NCBI GenBank assembly: GCA_051362555.1
Contig: CM120640.1
Span: 19,282,001-19,346,000, forward strand
Reading direction: 5' to 3'
Length of the DNA stretch: 64,000 nucleotides
From: Lingula anatina
Lineage: Eukaryota > Animalia > Brachiopoda
Each line of letters begins with the position of its first letter. Within the stretch, counting starts at the first letter, position 1. Shown piece after piece: positions 50,063 to 64,000 of this stretch. A model generated the notes under the pieces. It saw nothing but the letters and a program-made list of their open reading frames with translations, was not told the DNA's origin and ran no database searches. Both the position numbers and the translations under genes were made by a program.

Positions 50063-53000
50063 TTACACATCTGTAACAAGTGAAGCCAACTGGACCTGTC
50101 TTCCTGCTGGATTTGGACTGACAACAGGGCTTCTCCCTCCCCTTCTGTTAGCCTTAGCTATGTCCACTGTCAGTAGTCCTGCCTGTCTTCCTTCAGTGGA
50201 CAACTTGACGGAGTCAGATGGCGAGTCTGCTTTGGCTGATGCCATGGCTGCTAGCTGTATTGCTGGGTTCATATCTGCATCATATATCACCTGAACTGCG
50301 TCCCCACTGACATTTATGAGACATTGGCCCTGGGAGAAAAAATATTAGGTTTATAATATATAATTGTTGAATGGATACAGTGCAACCTGACACTAGGGTA
50401 CATTTTCTTTCAAGCTAAAGTTAACTTGCATTACAGCCCATCTGAACGTTTAAAACTTGAAAAATTCATAGGAAACTGCCTATCCAATTAGTCTACCTGG
50501 TTGCGGTTAGGGTTGTCCAACAGAACACATTCACTCATTCTGTATGCCACCATTGCATTCCCACCTAAGGCAACCACGTGAGCTCTTACTATAGCCATCA
50601 CCTCAGCTATAAAGCTGTGCATGAAGCCACTCAGGCCACCATTCTGGAAATGATGGATGACAAAATTTGTTAGTGATTAATCTTCATGTAAATATTTTAA
50701 TATTATAAAAATAAAATTAAATTACATTGCTTTTAAAACCACTTTTATTAGTAAGAAATGAGCTAAAATGTACTACATGTAACTAAACTGACTTTTACAC
50801 CATATGTGCTGGTATACAGGTATTCGTCTGAAGCAATGCTTCATCTTTTCCTCTACTATGTCACTTCTTGGTCAAAAAAAATTCAAGATGGAAAGAAATG
50901 TTTTCTCTAAAGATGAAATAAATAAAAAAAAAGCATCTGACTTACTTCTCGTAGTGAAGTGCTTTCTCTGATATAGAAAAAATTTAGATGTCCCAGATAT
51001 GTATCTATTCTTCCACCTGGTATATAGCTAAGAGGTGTCAGCTCCACTCCATACTTTAGAATTGGTTTCTGTAAAAAGTAAACCAAATTATTTAATCTTT
51101 TTAAAAAGTGAGAAAAATACAAAGTATTTATTCCAAAGTTCCAATTATTTGGAAGTAATACCATAGATGAAAAGTAGAATAATACCTGCTGGATCCAACT
51201 TCTTCTGTCTCCATGACCAGATAATTTCCTTGCTGCAAAATATTTTGTTGAGATAAATCAACCTCCATGTATTATTTGTTTATACACTTGTAAAAAAATT
51301 ATCTTTGTTGACTAATTAATTATTATTACAGTTTACTTCAGGGATGTGAGCAGCAGTTCAGGAAAATGGTAGAACTTTAGCCCTCCCAACTTTACTCTGG
51401 CTTTGTATGTATTTTTTTTTTTACTTTTTGACCTTTGAAAACTGCATAAAATATCCATGCCTGTTACTAAACATACTTCTCTGCTGAACATTCTCAACAC
51501 CATCTTCCTCCATGTGAAACATCATGTCGTCTGCTTCTGACTTGGAAATTGGCTTGTCTTGACTTAACGATGAATCTAGGGAGACACTATCTGCTTGTTC
51601 AATAAAAACTGCACAAATAGCTGTGATAGCAACCTGCCAAACATAGAAAACATTGAATTAACATAAATATCAGTTTCCCTTACCAAGCTAACATGCAGTA
51701 TATAAAATAAATTGTTACATGATCAGGATTTAGGTAATTTCTGACTGGTTGGCTAACAGTCAATTATTAGAATAAACTGACTGGCCAGTTAATTCAGTCT
51801 GCCATCCTGCGACATCAGTTCCAGACACTATTTAAACAATGGATTTGCCAACAACTTATAACATTATCACCTAAGAATACTGAATTATTTTACCTACCTG
51901 AACATAAGATTCATCTGGTAAGTCCAAGTCAAAGGACAAGTCACATACCACACAAGGGGACAATTTGCGAAGTTTGAAAAATATGCCCTTTAAGAGTGAA
52001 AAAAGATGGTTAGAATGACAATCCATAAAAATATATTTTTTTCTTTAAAATATAGTCAGGGGTCTCATGGCGGTAAAACAAGTATACATAACCAAAAATA
52101 TGTTTCCATTTTAATTAAATAATTTTGTATGGCTTAAGTTATATTCATAGTTTTCTCATAAATGTTTAAATATGAGCATACTCTGATCAATCCTTCAAGA
52201 ATGTTGGAGAATTCTTGGTTTGTTTTAGCCTTGACCTCTCCCCTCCATACTCTTGTGAACATCTACAAACAATGAACCAGTGTTGTTAAAAATATGCTAC
52301 TAACACACATACACTAATCAACCTCAAAGCACTGCAAATATGCTTCCAAACACACATCAACAATTATGTTTTTTAGTAGGCACTTACATATTAAAACTAT
52401 ATATGCAATGATCAGTATTAATTACATAAATAATTTTTTTCTGCATATCTAGCAGGCCTTTGTTTCTAGAGTTTGTTCTCGAGAAAAATACTTAAGGAAA
52501 GAAATCCTCATTCTGCTACACACAATCACCTGCAGTGTTGTGACAAGGTTACACAGTCCAGGCATGAACTCAGTGTTGCATGCATAAAATCCATCAGGGA
52601 CCTCACTGTCAAATAACACAGAGACCACAGCCTTATCCTCGGCATCATCCAACTCTATGATATAAGTGTCCTTATTGCCAGCTGACATGTCCAATTCAGA
52701 CAGCTCTTCTTCACTATCACTGGGAGGACCCTTGGAGCCAGATTCTGAGTAAGAGTCCTGGAAAATGAGAGAAAGTGGATTCAATTGAAACCTTGCAAAT
52801 ATGCATAAATGAACAGAGATTTTTCTGGAACAATGTAGGAACTTAACATTTCTACAAAATAATTAAATATAGCAGCCAATTACACCATGCAGTGTGGTAG
52901 TAATTATATACATTACATATATGTACATAAGATAACAAAGCAACAAAATACATAATGAAAAGAAATTTTATATAAGAAAATGCCTATAAAGGCACCAATG

Positions 53001-54518
53001 TATTTATCCTATCTACAGTCAATACACTGCTCTAAGATGAAAAAAGTCAAAGGAGCAGGCCCGTAGCCGGGGGGGGGGGGTTCGGGGGTTTGAAAGAACC
53101 CCCTCTTTTGGTGGGAAATGGTTCACTCTGGGTTTGATCTAGGTTCATGAAGTTTATATGGAAAAAGGTCCACTTTTTTCAGAAAAAGAACCCCCCTTTT
53201 GAAATTGCTGGCTACGGGCCTGAAGGTGTCAAGCAATAAATAAAGCAGTGGACTATAAACATCAATTAAAATGTCTATTATATTTTTACAATTTTATTTA
53301 AAATTTAATTTTAACTTAAAAGTTAATTAATGTAATGAAAAAAAGAGCACTTACTGTTGTTGTTGAACTCAACTCATAGCGGTCCTTATTTTTATTGACA
53401 GTATCAACAATTTTCTTTTGTATATCAAGTAGATCTTTGTCCCTGGAATTGTCTTCCTAAATTAAAGTAAAAGAATTTGTCTCTAATCACCATCACAATG
53501 TTCACTGTAATAATCAGTAATATGTGAAAGCAGGCACTTTGGATAATTTGGTAGTCATGTCAGCTTGTGAATTGTGAAAGTTGTAGCGCAAGGAAAATGG
53601 TGAATGTCAGTAAATTTATTATCAAAAAGAAAAAATTAACACCTGAAACTAAAAACAAACCTAGGGATATTACCATTTTACTCTGAATACCCTGCCATTA
53701 ACATGCATTTGCTAAATGTATCTAAGTTATTTCTGTGCACAATTATTCATTACATTATGAGAAATTATATTCCTCCCTCTGACTTGCACACATTTCCTGT
53801 TCAGTTCTTTCAGAAGCTCTTAAACAAAATCTAAAACCTATGATACCAAAATAGAATATTAACAGCCCAAGCACCAATAAATTGAAAACCCAATACAATC
53901 TGTGTTATACAGTGCTACGTCAAAGTGAAAATTTGTATGTAATCTTTTGGAGGTAAACTGTTCACAGTGGAGTGAGATTAGCAGATTAGAAGATATCTTG
54001 CATGCATACCTTGCCACTTACTCTTGGTACAGGGGGTGAGGGTAGGGCTGCAATATAAGCAGCTGTAGCAGTCTGAAAACAAAAACAGAAAATTTCTAAG
54101 CAAGACATCATTACATAAAAATTATTTCCTAACAGCAAAAATACCATATCCCAACTGGCATCTCCACTGGCTGTGAATCACAAAAAATATTTTTCAAACA
54201 AAATGCCTTCTAGCTAAATTGCTTTTTATCTATGTTTGGAAACAATTCTGAGTATTTCAATTTAACTATTTGATACCATTTTTTTTCAAAAACATAAAGG
54301 GAATATAAGTAGGTAATTTAAGTAAGCAAATCTTACTGCAACAGCTATCAGCATAGTCTCTCCAACTTCCACCTGAATCTTCAAACCAAACAGTGCATTC
54401 ATGCCCTTTACCTGGGGAAGAAAGTAATTGCACATATATTACAATAATTTTTCAATAAATATGGACAAAATGAATAATTGTTTCCTTCCCCCACCAAAAA
54501 AAAAAAAACAATATCTTT

Positions 54519-54549
<31 letters not shown>

Positions 54550-57500
54550 CGTGCATATGTGCCTTTTTCATGCATTTACAAATACACATAAATATCTGTG
54601 GTGTGATCTGAAACAGCTTGAAAAAGTGTCAAGATCCAACCTGAAAAATTACTTGAACCTTTTCAAGCTTCCTTGTTCTTCCATGTATTGCATAAATTTT
54701 ATTGCTCAATAAAGGGAACCGGGGAAGATCAGCATTGGTCAGAATTGTGCCGAAAGTGACGTGCAGTGGTGTTAGAAACGAAGCTGAGTGGTCATTTTAA
54801 CATAGAGGTGAACGGCAGTGAAGACGGGTTGTTGGAGGAAAAAGAAGTTTTCTAAACAACATGGTAAGATAACTCTCTTTTTTTCGCATTTTGGGCAGAG
54901 AAAACTTGTAGAAATAATAAATGCATGATATGAAAACATGACACGGAACTTGAAGGTGCAAAATCGTGCTTAATTTGCGGTCAACTTGTTTAGAAATAAA
55001 TGCTGCGTCGACCGCCAGCGCGACAAAAAGCGTAAAGGGGAAGTAATTCCCGGGAGTCTATAAATCGTTGTCATGTGGAAATTTGGCATTAATATAATCC
55101 GATATGTCCATATCTAAGTATTTTTGGGTGTTTTATGGTATGGGCTGCAATTACAACGATGTTTTAGAGGTCTTGAAGGACCTTGTGAAAACCAGGAAGT
55201 AGTTCGTAACTAACAAGTGGAATGTACCGATCTCCGACTGCTGTGCACAGCTGTATCTTTTTTTCAATATATTGACGAATTTTTAGATCTTTATATGTCC
55301 ATCTGGCATGAAATTCCACACACATGATCACACTGATATACCTTTTACACTGGGGAAGGCGCTAATCAGTGACAAATGCCAAGACAAAGGTGACATTCTG
55401 ACAGCCTCTTATCTGAGTTAAAAATCACTGACAAAAGAGACTGGCAATCAATTTCCTCAGGCTGGCAATCATTAGCCTATAGAAATTGGTCATGTTACAT
55501 GTTATCTATCTGTGAGAATCGTTTTACCAACTGAGTATTGCATAATAATGTCAATTATTAGTACTTTGAGCTAGTCTTAATTACTACCTGTCAGCTCACC
55601 TGAATTCTCTTTTTGTCTTTTTGGGAAGATCTTGTCAGTGAAATGTTTTATTTGTCCTGTGACAAAAATTCGTCAATATATTGAAAAAAAGATACAGCTG
55701 TGCACAGCAGTCAGAGATCGGTACATTTCACTTGTTAGTTACGAACTACTTCCTTGTTTTCACAAGGTCCTTCAAGACCTCTAAAACTTTGTTCTAATTG
55801 CAGCTCATACACCCCAAAAATACTTAGATATGGACATATCGGATTATATTAATGCCAAATTTCCTCATGGCAACGATTTACAGCCTCCCGGGAATTATTT
55901 TCCATTTACACTCTTTGTTGCAATGGCGGTCGATGCAGCATTCATTTTAAAACAAGTTGACCGCCAATTAAGCACGATTTTGCACCTTCAAGTTTCGTGT
56001 CACGTTTTCATATCATGCATTTATTATTTCTACAAGTTTTCTCTGCCCAAAATGCGTAAAGAAAAAGTGTTATCTTACCATGTTGTTTAGAAAACTTCTT
56101 TTTCCTCCGACAACCCGTCTTCACTGCCGTTCACCTCTATGTTAAAATGACCACTCAGCTTCGTTTCTAACACCACTGCACGTCACTTCCGGCACAATTC
56201 TGACCAATGCTGATCTTCTCCGGTTCCCTTTATTATTCTATATTATTTAACTGGCAGGCATTTATCAGTCTCTGTATAAGTACAGTACTGTGGTGAACAA
56301 CACATCTGGTACTTTATAATCACTTACTTTCAATTTGTTCATAAGCTGACTGTGAAGTTCATATTCCATGAATGGTAAATTCTAAAAGGAAAACAACATT
56401 TAAAAAGGATTAACATTATAAGGACCTGTTTATGGAGATAAAAAACCTCTCTTTCTAAGAGCATGGATGTCAAATCTTGGTCCTTAGCATCTGGTACTTC
56501 TTTCTTAATAATATCTTTAATTTATATTTCCTTTTTGATCACTAAATAATAAATGTCCCTTACGTCACTGACTTCTTTAGCGTTGGATTCTCCTGCTTTT
56601 GCTTCTTTTTTTGGTCGACAGATCCTAAAATAGGAATGGTATGAAAGATAAAAAGGAAACAGTTGTATAAAACTAGTTATTAAGAATAAATATACATGTG
56701 CATAGTGTTCAAAGTTTGATCAAACGAGAATATTATGGGAATTGAGATACAGCTGTATGTTAACTGTGATGATATCAAAATTAACTAGTCCATACCTTGC
56801 CTGTACCAGACAACCTTTTCCTACTGTCACTAGTTCTACTGGGGGCTCCACTGTGGTGAACAGCACATCAGGTACCTTGCCACGCCTAACGGGAAGATGT
56901 ACACAATGTGAGAAGTATAATTAACATCCAGATTTTTTCACTTCCAAGAATACTGCTGATATAACTGAACCATATATAATCTTCTATTGTCATAGGAGAA
57001 AAATAATGAAGATGTGGCATATGTTATTATTGAATGGGCATCTGTGTGGGAGAGTAATATCAACTATTGAATAAGCATTCAATTCAATCAATTACGTAGC
57101 TAATCTGTGAAGGCTTCCTGAGTCAAAAGCTCCATTAAAACAGCTTTTAATCACATTTTACCCCTTTTCTTTTCATGCCCAAAGTTAATTTAACCTTCTT
57201 CAATCATTCAAAACAAAGTATAAGATACAACAATGCTATTCTATTTTGATGCCAAAATATTTTACTTCCTTTTAAGTAAGGGGTTACACACTAGTAGTAG
57301 TCAAAATAAAAGTAGTTGTCCATATTTCTACCATTTGGCAACTTGACATCCCACCTGAAAATGGTGACTAAATAATACTATTTCTATTCATTAAACTCAC
57401 CTAAAATTGGCATCATGAAACACCACTATGAGATCATAAATACAAAATAATTCTATTGGGGAGGGGGGATAACTCACTTGCATATAGTGCAGCGGCTCAG

Positions 57501-60500
57501 GCTGACGGGGAAAGGAGCTGATGTCTCATTGTATGGCACATGGCACAGGCTACAGTCATATGCATCATCACTGGAAATAGAAAGTCAATTACAAAATTTC
57601 CATGCGATTATAAGACATCTAGTTAAGAAATATATGCAATTTTTATTTGTTGGACCTGCAAAAATTATAACTAGATAACCTGTGCTGAGGACACAATGTT
57701 GTTTGTGTTATACTCTTTACTCTTTGAAAGTCCAGTAAAAGAATAAAAAATGCACTGATATACAGAAAATTCAAAACTTGTGTTGTGCAATGAGATGTAA
57801 GATAAAAGTGCATTGATAAAATATGTTAAAGAAAAGAAATGCCAATTATTCAATTATTCAAAATATGTTCAGGGTGTATCATAACAAAATTATGATTTTT
57901 TTTTCGAAAAACTTTCTGACAAGCTTTAGATTCCTCGGCAAAAAGTGCTTGATCTTTTTTTCACCTAAAAAATAATTGTTGTTATTGTAGTGCTGTTTCA
58001 ATATAGATTTTTAGGAAAAAATAAAACCACTGAAAAAAGTGCATGGCTGAATGAGAAACGCCTAGTTCTGACCTTTCTGATCCATGAGGGTCTCTTTGCT
58101 GGTTGGCCAGGTTGACATCAATATGGAGTTTCTTATCTTTTTCCTTTTCCTTCTCTCTGTCAAAAAGAGTCCTGTCTAGTGACATGGTAAGTAACTGCTG
58201 CTGCTGTTGCTGGGTTCGTAGTTGTTCTTTTTCCATACTCATGTTGACTATTGCTGCAGTGCCAGTGGCTGATAGGACTATGATTTCATCACTATAATAA
58301 TATAAATAAGAAAGTGAACAAATTGTTATAATATCCTGTCAGCTATATATTAAACTTCAGCAGTCTCAGATACAAAACAATGTCTAGATCAAATACATAG
58401 TGTCTTACCATATACTTGTGTGTTCAACATATCCCACCACAGCATGGCATCCCATGGCTCTGGCATGTGACCTCATCTCAGTTCTGATCTCTATCCACCA
58501 GGCATCTCTTGTCTCTGGCTCCTCTGGAGGATAAAAATGTTGAAACTACCTGTTTGCATATAGTACTGTTTCCCGTCAATTTATGTAAGCAGAGGGATTG
58601 ATGAACTCATGTGGAAAATATCAGACACAAATTTGAAATTAAATAAACACAATGAATAATGATGGGAGTTCATTATTTATCATTTAACTGTGTCAAATTG
58701 TACTAAATTAAAACAGCTAAATTCAAACTAGTAAATAAGTAAATTACTCAGTGTCCATACATATATATGAATGCTTAAAACATGACTTAATTCACTTTCA
58801 AATATGATGAGTCTCTAATCTAACAATAAGAGTACCTGGATTGTGTATTCTGTCCAAAAGTTTTACAGATCTGGCTGATACAACACCACCCAGGTGAACT
58901 ATAAAACCTGCAGGGAATGAAGTTATGGTGAAGAAGGGGTATTCCTGAAAAAAATCAGATGGAAATATACCTTCACTTAGCCAAATTTCATTTTATTCTA
59001 TTCATTTAGTATTATTATCATTATTATTATTATTTTTTAAATTTCTTTTCCATGCACAATATATGCAACATACAATAGATAAGCAATCATAGGAAATAAA
59101 ACTAATTTATTTAATTTCATCTTATGGCAGGTACTTAACAAACTACTTTTTTGCCTTCCTAAAGATAAAAAAAACTACACCTTCTCAGTTCTCAGAAATA
59201 AAGAAACAGTCATCCTTCTATAACACAATAAGTCAAAAGAATTTTATGGAGAAAAATTTCTTAAATATAGGAAATAAATCACATATACCAAAATTTCTAT
59301 GCTCTGTGGTGGCAGTAACGGTCTGAGAGATGGTATCCTGGCACTAAGACTATCTGCTCCACTGCCACTGCTACCTGTCAAACTTCCTAAATAAAGTACT
59401 AGAGAATTAGTACCCCAGACAACATCAATCGTCATTCATCATAAAATACTTGCATATTTAGACATACACACACATTCAAGAATTTTAATGTCATTGAACT
59501 TAAACGCAGAGATAGGTGCACATACTTTATATATATAAATTGTTTACCAGGGGTATCAATTCAGAAATTCATTTAATAAGTGTATTTATAAATGACTAAA
59601 TGACTTAAAAACAATATATCTGATAACGTGGACAAAATAAATGAAGTGCTAAATGTTATATATAAAGCAAAGTATTTGACTTGAAGACTAAGACAAAATA
59701 TCATCTTGGAATGTATATTTTTTAAAACTAAAGCAATATGTGGAAAAAATAATGTGCTGTGTTGTAAAAACATTTAAAAATGTAAGCTTAATAAGCATTA
59801 GGTTTGTTATTATTTCTTGTCTTCTGAATCAGTCTTTAGCAACACATATAGCTGAACTGAATGACAAAATTTATACTGATAAAAATTTGTGATCACATTG
59901 TGAGATTACTTAATAAAAATCTTACAGAAGGGGCTATTTTTCACAATGAAATAGACACATATGATAGCAATATTATTTGAAGTAATGAAAATTCAACCCC
60001 CAAAATGCACTTCAATTCTCTAGATTGTATAAAATTATGATTACACTGACATAGTCTTTACCTTTAGATGTGTAAATACCTGAATAAAGAATGGAATATT
60101 TATTGTAATCCTAATATTTTACTGAATGACATGCACTAACAAGTTATTATAGAATAGAATGACACCTGGTGAAAACTACATAGATGCTTTCAAATACTGT
60201 AACAATGAATTACATATATGCATGTGGTTCCAAAATATTTAATATTCTATGTTAAAACAAACAATACCAAATTATAGTATTAATCACATTAGAACATCTC
60301 AATTCATCATCACTACAGAGAACATCATAACATGCAAATGGTGGTGTTTAAAAAATTAGTCCCAAATACCAAGAAGCATGTACCTTATTCAATCCATGCT
60401 ATCTTATCCCACCCATACAGAAATTACTGGAAATTCATCTCTATTATAAGCATAGATATTAACTGGAAATAAATGCTGATAACAGAGTTGAGGCCTCAGT

Positions 60501-61896
60501 AATCTCAGGGTGACAAATGTCTATCAATCTAAAAAAACTAACACTTTTTCGTTAATAAAACAAACTGAATGTGTCTTTAGTATCTCATGGTTTACTGTAT
60601 TTTAACTATAAGTTCAGAAATACCAGGTCCAATACATTTAGAAAGTGACAAAGACAACAAAAAGTTTTACCTACAACCAATTCAAATCAGTTTATGGGCC
60701 ATTTTACAGTAATTTCCCCTTTAATATTTCTTTGTAGCTCTAAGACATATTTTAACATATCTTTTTGTCCAATGGCAAAGATACAGAAAAAGTCTACTGC
60801 ATTCTATTTTAAGTTTTATGAATTAAATAGGTAGGCATGTCAGGGCCAACAAAGTAGAAGGGGAAAACACTGTGAAGTAACCCATACAGATGCCTTAATA
60901 CAAACAAGTACACTGAAGCAGCATGGCACAATACCTTTAGGAGACCCGAGCTCAGAGTCTGACAATCTTCGACTTAACACAGGCATGCCTTGTCCCGGGG
61001 GTCTTGCAGTGGGGGAGGTGGACAGTTTAAAGGGGTTTGCTGAGCCAGCCATAAGGGGCGGTGCAGTGGCACACACATTGGCAACATTTGCAGTGGTTGT
61101 CACAACAGCACTCTCTTCAGGCACAACAAAGCTGAAAGCAAAGAAGGGGCTGGCTAAGCGGGTGGGTGTGGTTGGGTCACTGTAATTTATCTTGCTCGCT
61201 GGCTTTATTGAGGTACTGGGGGTACTATTAGACCTGCGAAAGAATGGAAAAGATCGATTGGTGTGCAGGGATTGCGATTGTGGCGGCGAAAAAGAGGATG
61301 CTAGGACTGGCTCCAAACTGAAATTGAAAATTGCAAGGTGTCAAAGAAAGGGCCAAATAAGCTAATCCCATCTAACATAAAGTATATGTGCATACCTAAC
61401 AGATACTAAAAACTGCTATAAATGCAGAATATCAAAGAGAAACCAAAGGGTTTATGCACAAACAAAATGAGAAAAATGATTCAGTGACATTTGTTTCATT
61501 TAAGTACTGTAAATAATCAAGCTAAAATTTTGAGAAACTGCCATTGTAACTTGCAATTAATGACCATTATAATGTCAACGGATTTGATTAAGCAAAGCAT
61601 CTTTGTTCCACAAAAGAATATTCTTGCAGAAATGCTAAATCAATCTTTGTAATTATTATGTCTCTGGTGACAAGTAGAAAAAGTGTAAAAAAAAGTACTT
61701 CTTTTTCACGGCTGTATTCCTATTCATTTCTGAGAAGTGTCTGTATAGACAAAAATGCTTTTCAATTTCAAAATCTTGAACAACATGCATACAGTGTAAT
61801 TATTTAAAGAGATTGTAAGCTTTCAACTCTAGCTTACATCTGAAGATACTGTCACAGAATCATATTGTCATAAAGCAAGGGAAATGCTGATAACAC

Positions 61897-61940
<44 letters not shown>

Positions 61941-63606
61941 ACAAAAAAGATGACCAACAATAAATAAAACTACAAAAAAAAAAAAAAAAATAAAAATAAA
62001 ATAAATAAATAAAATAAATAAATACATAAATAAATCATTCCAACAACGAACCATATCTGTAGGCAAGAAACAAATAAGGCAAACACATAACAGGATGATC
62101 AGCATGCACTAGTATACTTTTAAACAAGGCCATGCCAGCAAGTGACCAGTTGACCCACCACTGCCCTCCTCGGTCACCCCTGTTTCCTCTTTCACCTCAC
62201 AACTATCTGACCCTTTATCTGTTGCACTAGCTGCACCTCCAACAGGGTCAGAGGTCACCTCATCAGGCACTCTCTGCTGCTGCGTCTGTTGCTGTTGTTT
62301 CTGAGATCCATTGCTAAACAGCAAATGAGCTCATCTTTGTCTCATTTGTAACACATTTGTAGAGTGTTATGTTACCAACTTCAGCTTTTAACTTTAGGTA
62401 CCAGATCATTTTATTATCAATGATGGGTAAAGTGGAACTGGCCTATCACTTATTTCTACAGTAAAACTACAAAACTTCCATGTCTTACTACATGTATCTT
62501 TCATTATTTACCACATCTGATCAAAAGAAAAAAAGAAAAACATTAACATACTGTCATAAAGTTGTGTGTAAATATAAACCATACATAAAAAGGTTACACA
62601 AAGAAAAAAAGTATGCCATAATGAACCATATGCACCTCCCAACCATTCTCACTACTTCTCCCTCATTTTCACCCAAAGATAAACTGCAGAACTCGGTGAT
62701 CTTAACTACTCCATACTACAGACACTTACTTGCTGACTGGTGAACAACTGGGTGGAGAGGACAACAACACCTGCTTCACTATGGAGACAGCTGACCCAAT
62801 GCCTCTCACCACAATACCCGACTCTCCTTCCAAGTCAAAACATTGTCTATAGCTGGAAAAATGAGGTTTGGTTAGAATAAAAAAAAATTGTGGAAAAAGT
62901 GAATTGTTTCTTAATGGACTAAGTATGACTGATCACTTGACAGACTCATCAGTTCATGAAAGTGATAAAAATGTCATTCCTCACAGGGAAGAAAACAATG
63001 ATATTATTTTTATGATAACATAAGAAACAATAGAAAAACATATTTCAGTTGAATAATTTGTTTGCTGTTTCACATGTACTGACATTACCCTGAAGCTTCT
63101 AAAAAATTTACTGTTTGATTAAATCACATGGAAGATGTTGATACTTTTCATGCACCATATCCTTTAACAAATTGATGTAGTACAGCTCACCCGATGATGG
63201 CATTCCCACCCATTTCTAAAACTTTTAAACCTATCCTGCGCTGGAGCTCTCCTAAAAATTAAAGTACAATTAATGCAATTAGAAAAGAAAAATCATGCTT
63301 ATAATTCAAACAATGACAAGAAACAAAACTAACAAATAAATAACAAGAGCCTTTAACATCAATGTATCAAGTTTATGACCATGAGAACACAGCTAAAGCA
63401 GACATTTGTGATTACCATAACAAAGAAAAACTAAAAAATAGGACATTCACCTGACAGAGTTGAGAACAGCCTCTGTCTGGTCTCATTTGATGCTCTTGGA
63501 GTTCTTATCTTATCTATCCACTGATACTCGGGGTCATCATTGACCACTAACTCTTCCACAAACCCATAGATAGCCTGAGCCCTGTAGCCATAAGGAACAC
63601 AGGTAC
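50063..63606 (-). CDS. C2CD5: C2 domain-containing protein 5 (KIAA0528/CDP138), 5' part (C2 domain) beyond the window
   Basis: Exons 63606-63451, 63251-63191, 62852-62730, 61317-60935, 59386-59289, 58944-58836, 58523-58409, 58291-58073, 57570-57478, 56885-56796, 56624-56564, 56381-56328, 54411-54337, 54072-54010, 53456-53355, 52757-52530, 52262-52182, 51987-51898, 51633-51477, 51232-51186, 51068-50946, 50643-50497 and 50329-50063. Motifs GFVEELVVNDDPEYQWIDKIRTPRASNE, YRQCFDLEGESGIVVR, SARSVKLLDRIHNP, TRDAWWIEIR, LPFMEYELH, RAHVVALGGNA and QCLINVSGDAV. Confidence 0.96.
53056..53222 (-). mobile_element. MITE family B, copy 2
   Basis: CAGGCCCGTAGCC...GGCTACGGGCCTG. Internal sequence is the reverse complement of 20206-20377. 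Near-TSD aaggag/aaggtg. Confidence 0.85.
54712..56230. mobile_element. 1.5-kb foldback DNA element with ~570-bp terminal inverted repeats, flanked by TA
   Basis: Left arm 54712-~55283 (AAGGGAACCGGGGAAGATCAGCATTGG...ATATATTGACGAATTTTT) is the reverse complement of right arm ~55664-56230, with scattered mismatches and one ~9-nt indel. TA on both flanks and a ~380-bp spacer. No transposase ORF. Confidence 0.92.
61898..61938. repeat. (AAT)n microsatellite
   Basis: Read directly from the sequence. Confidence 0.95.
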
Positions 63607-63646
63607 CTGTAAGGTAACATGCTAAAACTCTTAGTCTACACATTTT

Positions 63647-64000
63647 AAACAAGGCAGCAAAGCTGTCAAATGTACAGACAAAAAAACAGAAAAAATAATA
63701 ATAAAATATACGTATCATGGATTTTCAGAAAATGTGACTAGCATGGGTCTTCAAGCCCGTGCAACTTCAAAGTCACACCTTGAAAATGCCAATATGTGAA
63801 AAATTAAATTTTCACAAAAAAAAAAAAAAAAAACGTTTAACTGGCAGTAAGAATTACCAAACAGACTGCATTGCCTACTGAAGCTGTATTTTAGTCCCAT
63901 GTTTCTTTCCTGTAAGTTTGAGAACAGTAAGTGACATGGTTTTTCTTAAATGGTCATCATGGGAGCAGTGCCCAAAATATTTTTTTTTCAAATTTTGATG
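63647..64000 (-). mobile_element. 3' end of a second copy of the HINE-like element (C2CD5 intron), running off the window
   Basis: AACAAGGCAGCAAAGCTGTCAAATGTACAGACA is the reverse complement of 31390-31422. The stretch 63715-64000 matches 30917-31192. Confidence 0.9.

Noticed and set aside
55830-56090. 86-aa ORF inside the foldback arm
   Set aside because: No transposase motifs, and the frame is not preserved in the opposite arm.

Overview
AT-rich animal genomic DNA with GT-AG spliceosomal introns. Gene and repeat content suggest a lophotrochozoan, probably a mollusc (inference). Eight protein-coding genes were reconstructed by hand. Plus strand: a 5'-truncated C18orf54/LAS2-like gene, RNASEH2A (8 exons) and RHNO1. 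Minus strand: an FMRFamide-receptor-like GPCR with a single coding exon, a predicted N-myristoylated ankyrin-repeat gene, an uncharacterised 296-aa gene, a BTB-BACK-Kelch gene and a 5'-truncated C2CD5. Introns and intergenic DNA carry many non-autonomous DNA transposons: a Kolobok-like TTAA element, several palindromic MITE families, a 1.5-kb foldback with ~570-bp arms and a decayed Tc1. A 7.4-kb tandem array of a Helentron-associated (HINE/DINE-1-like) element fills RNASEH2A intron 1 and contains a back-to-back hAT-transposase/Penelope GIY-YIG fragment chimera. I found no prokaryote-style novel system. The most interesting signals are the HINE array with its embedded fragments, an alternative stop-containing LAS2 exon that triplicates a conserved motif, the intronic foldback, and interlocked poly(A) signals of RHNO1 and C2CD5. 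Homology calls come from recalled motifs, not database searches.
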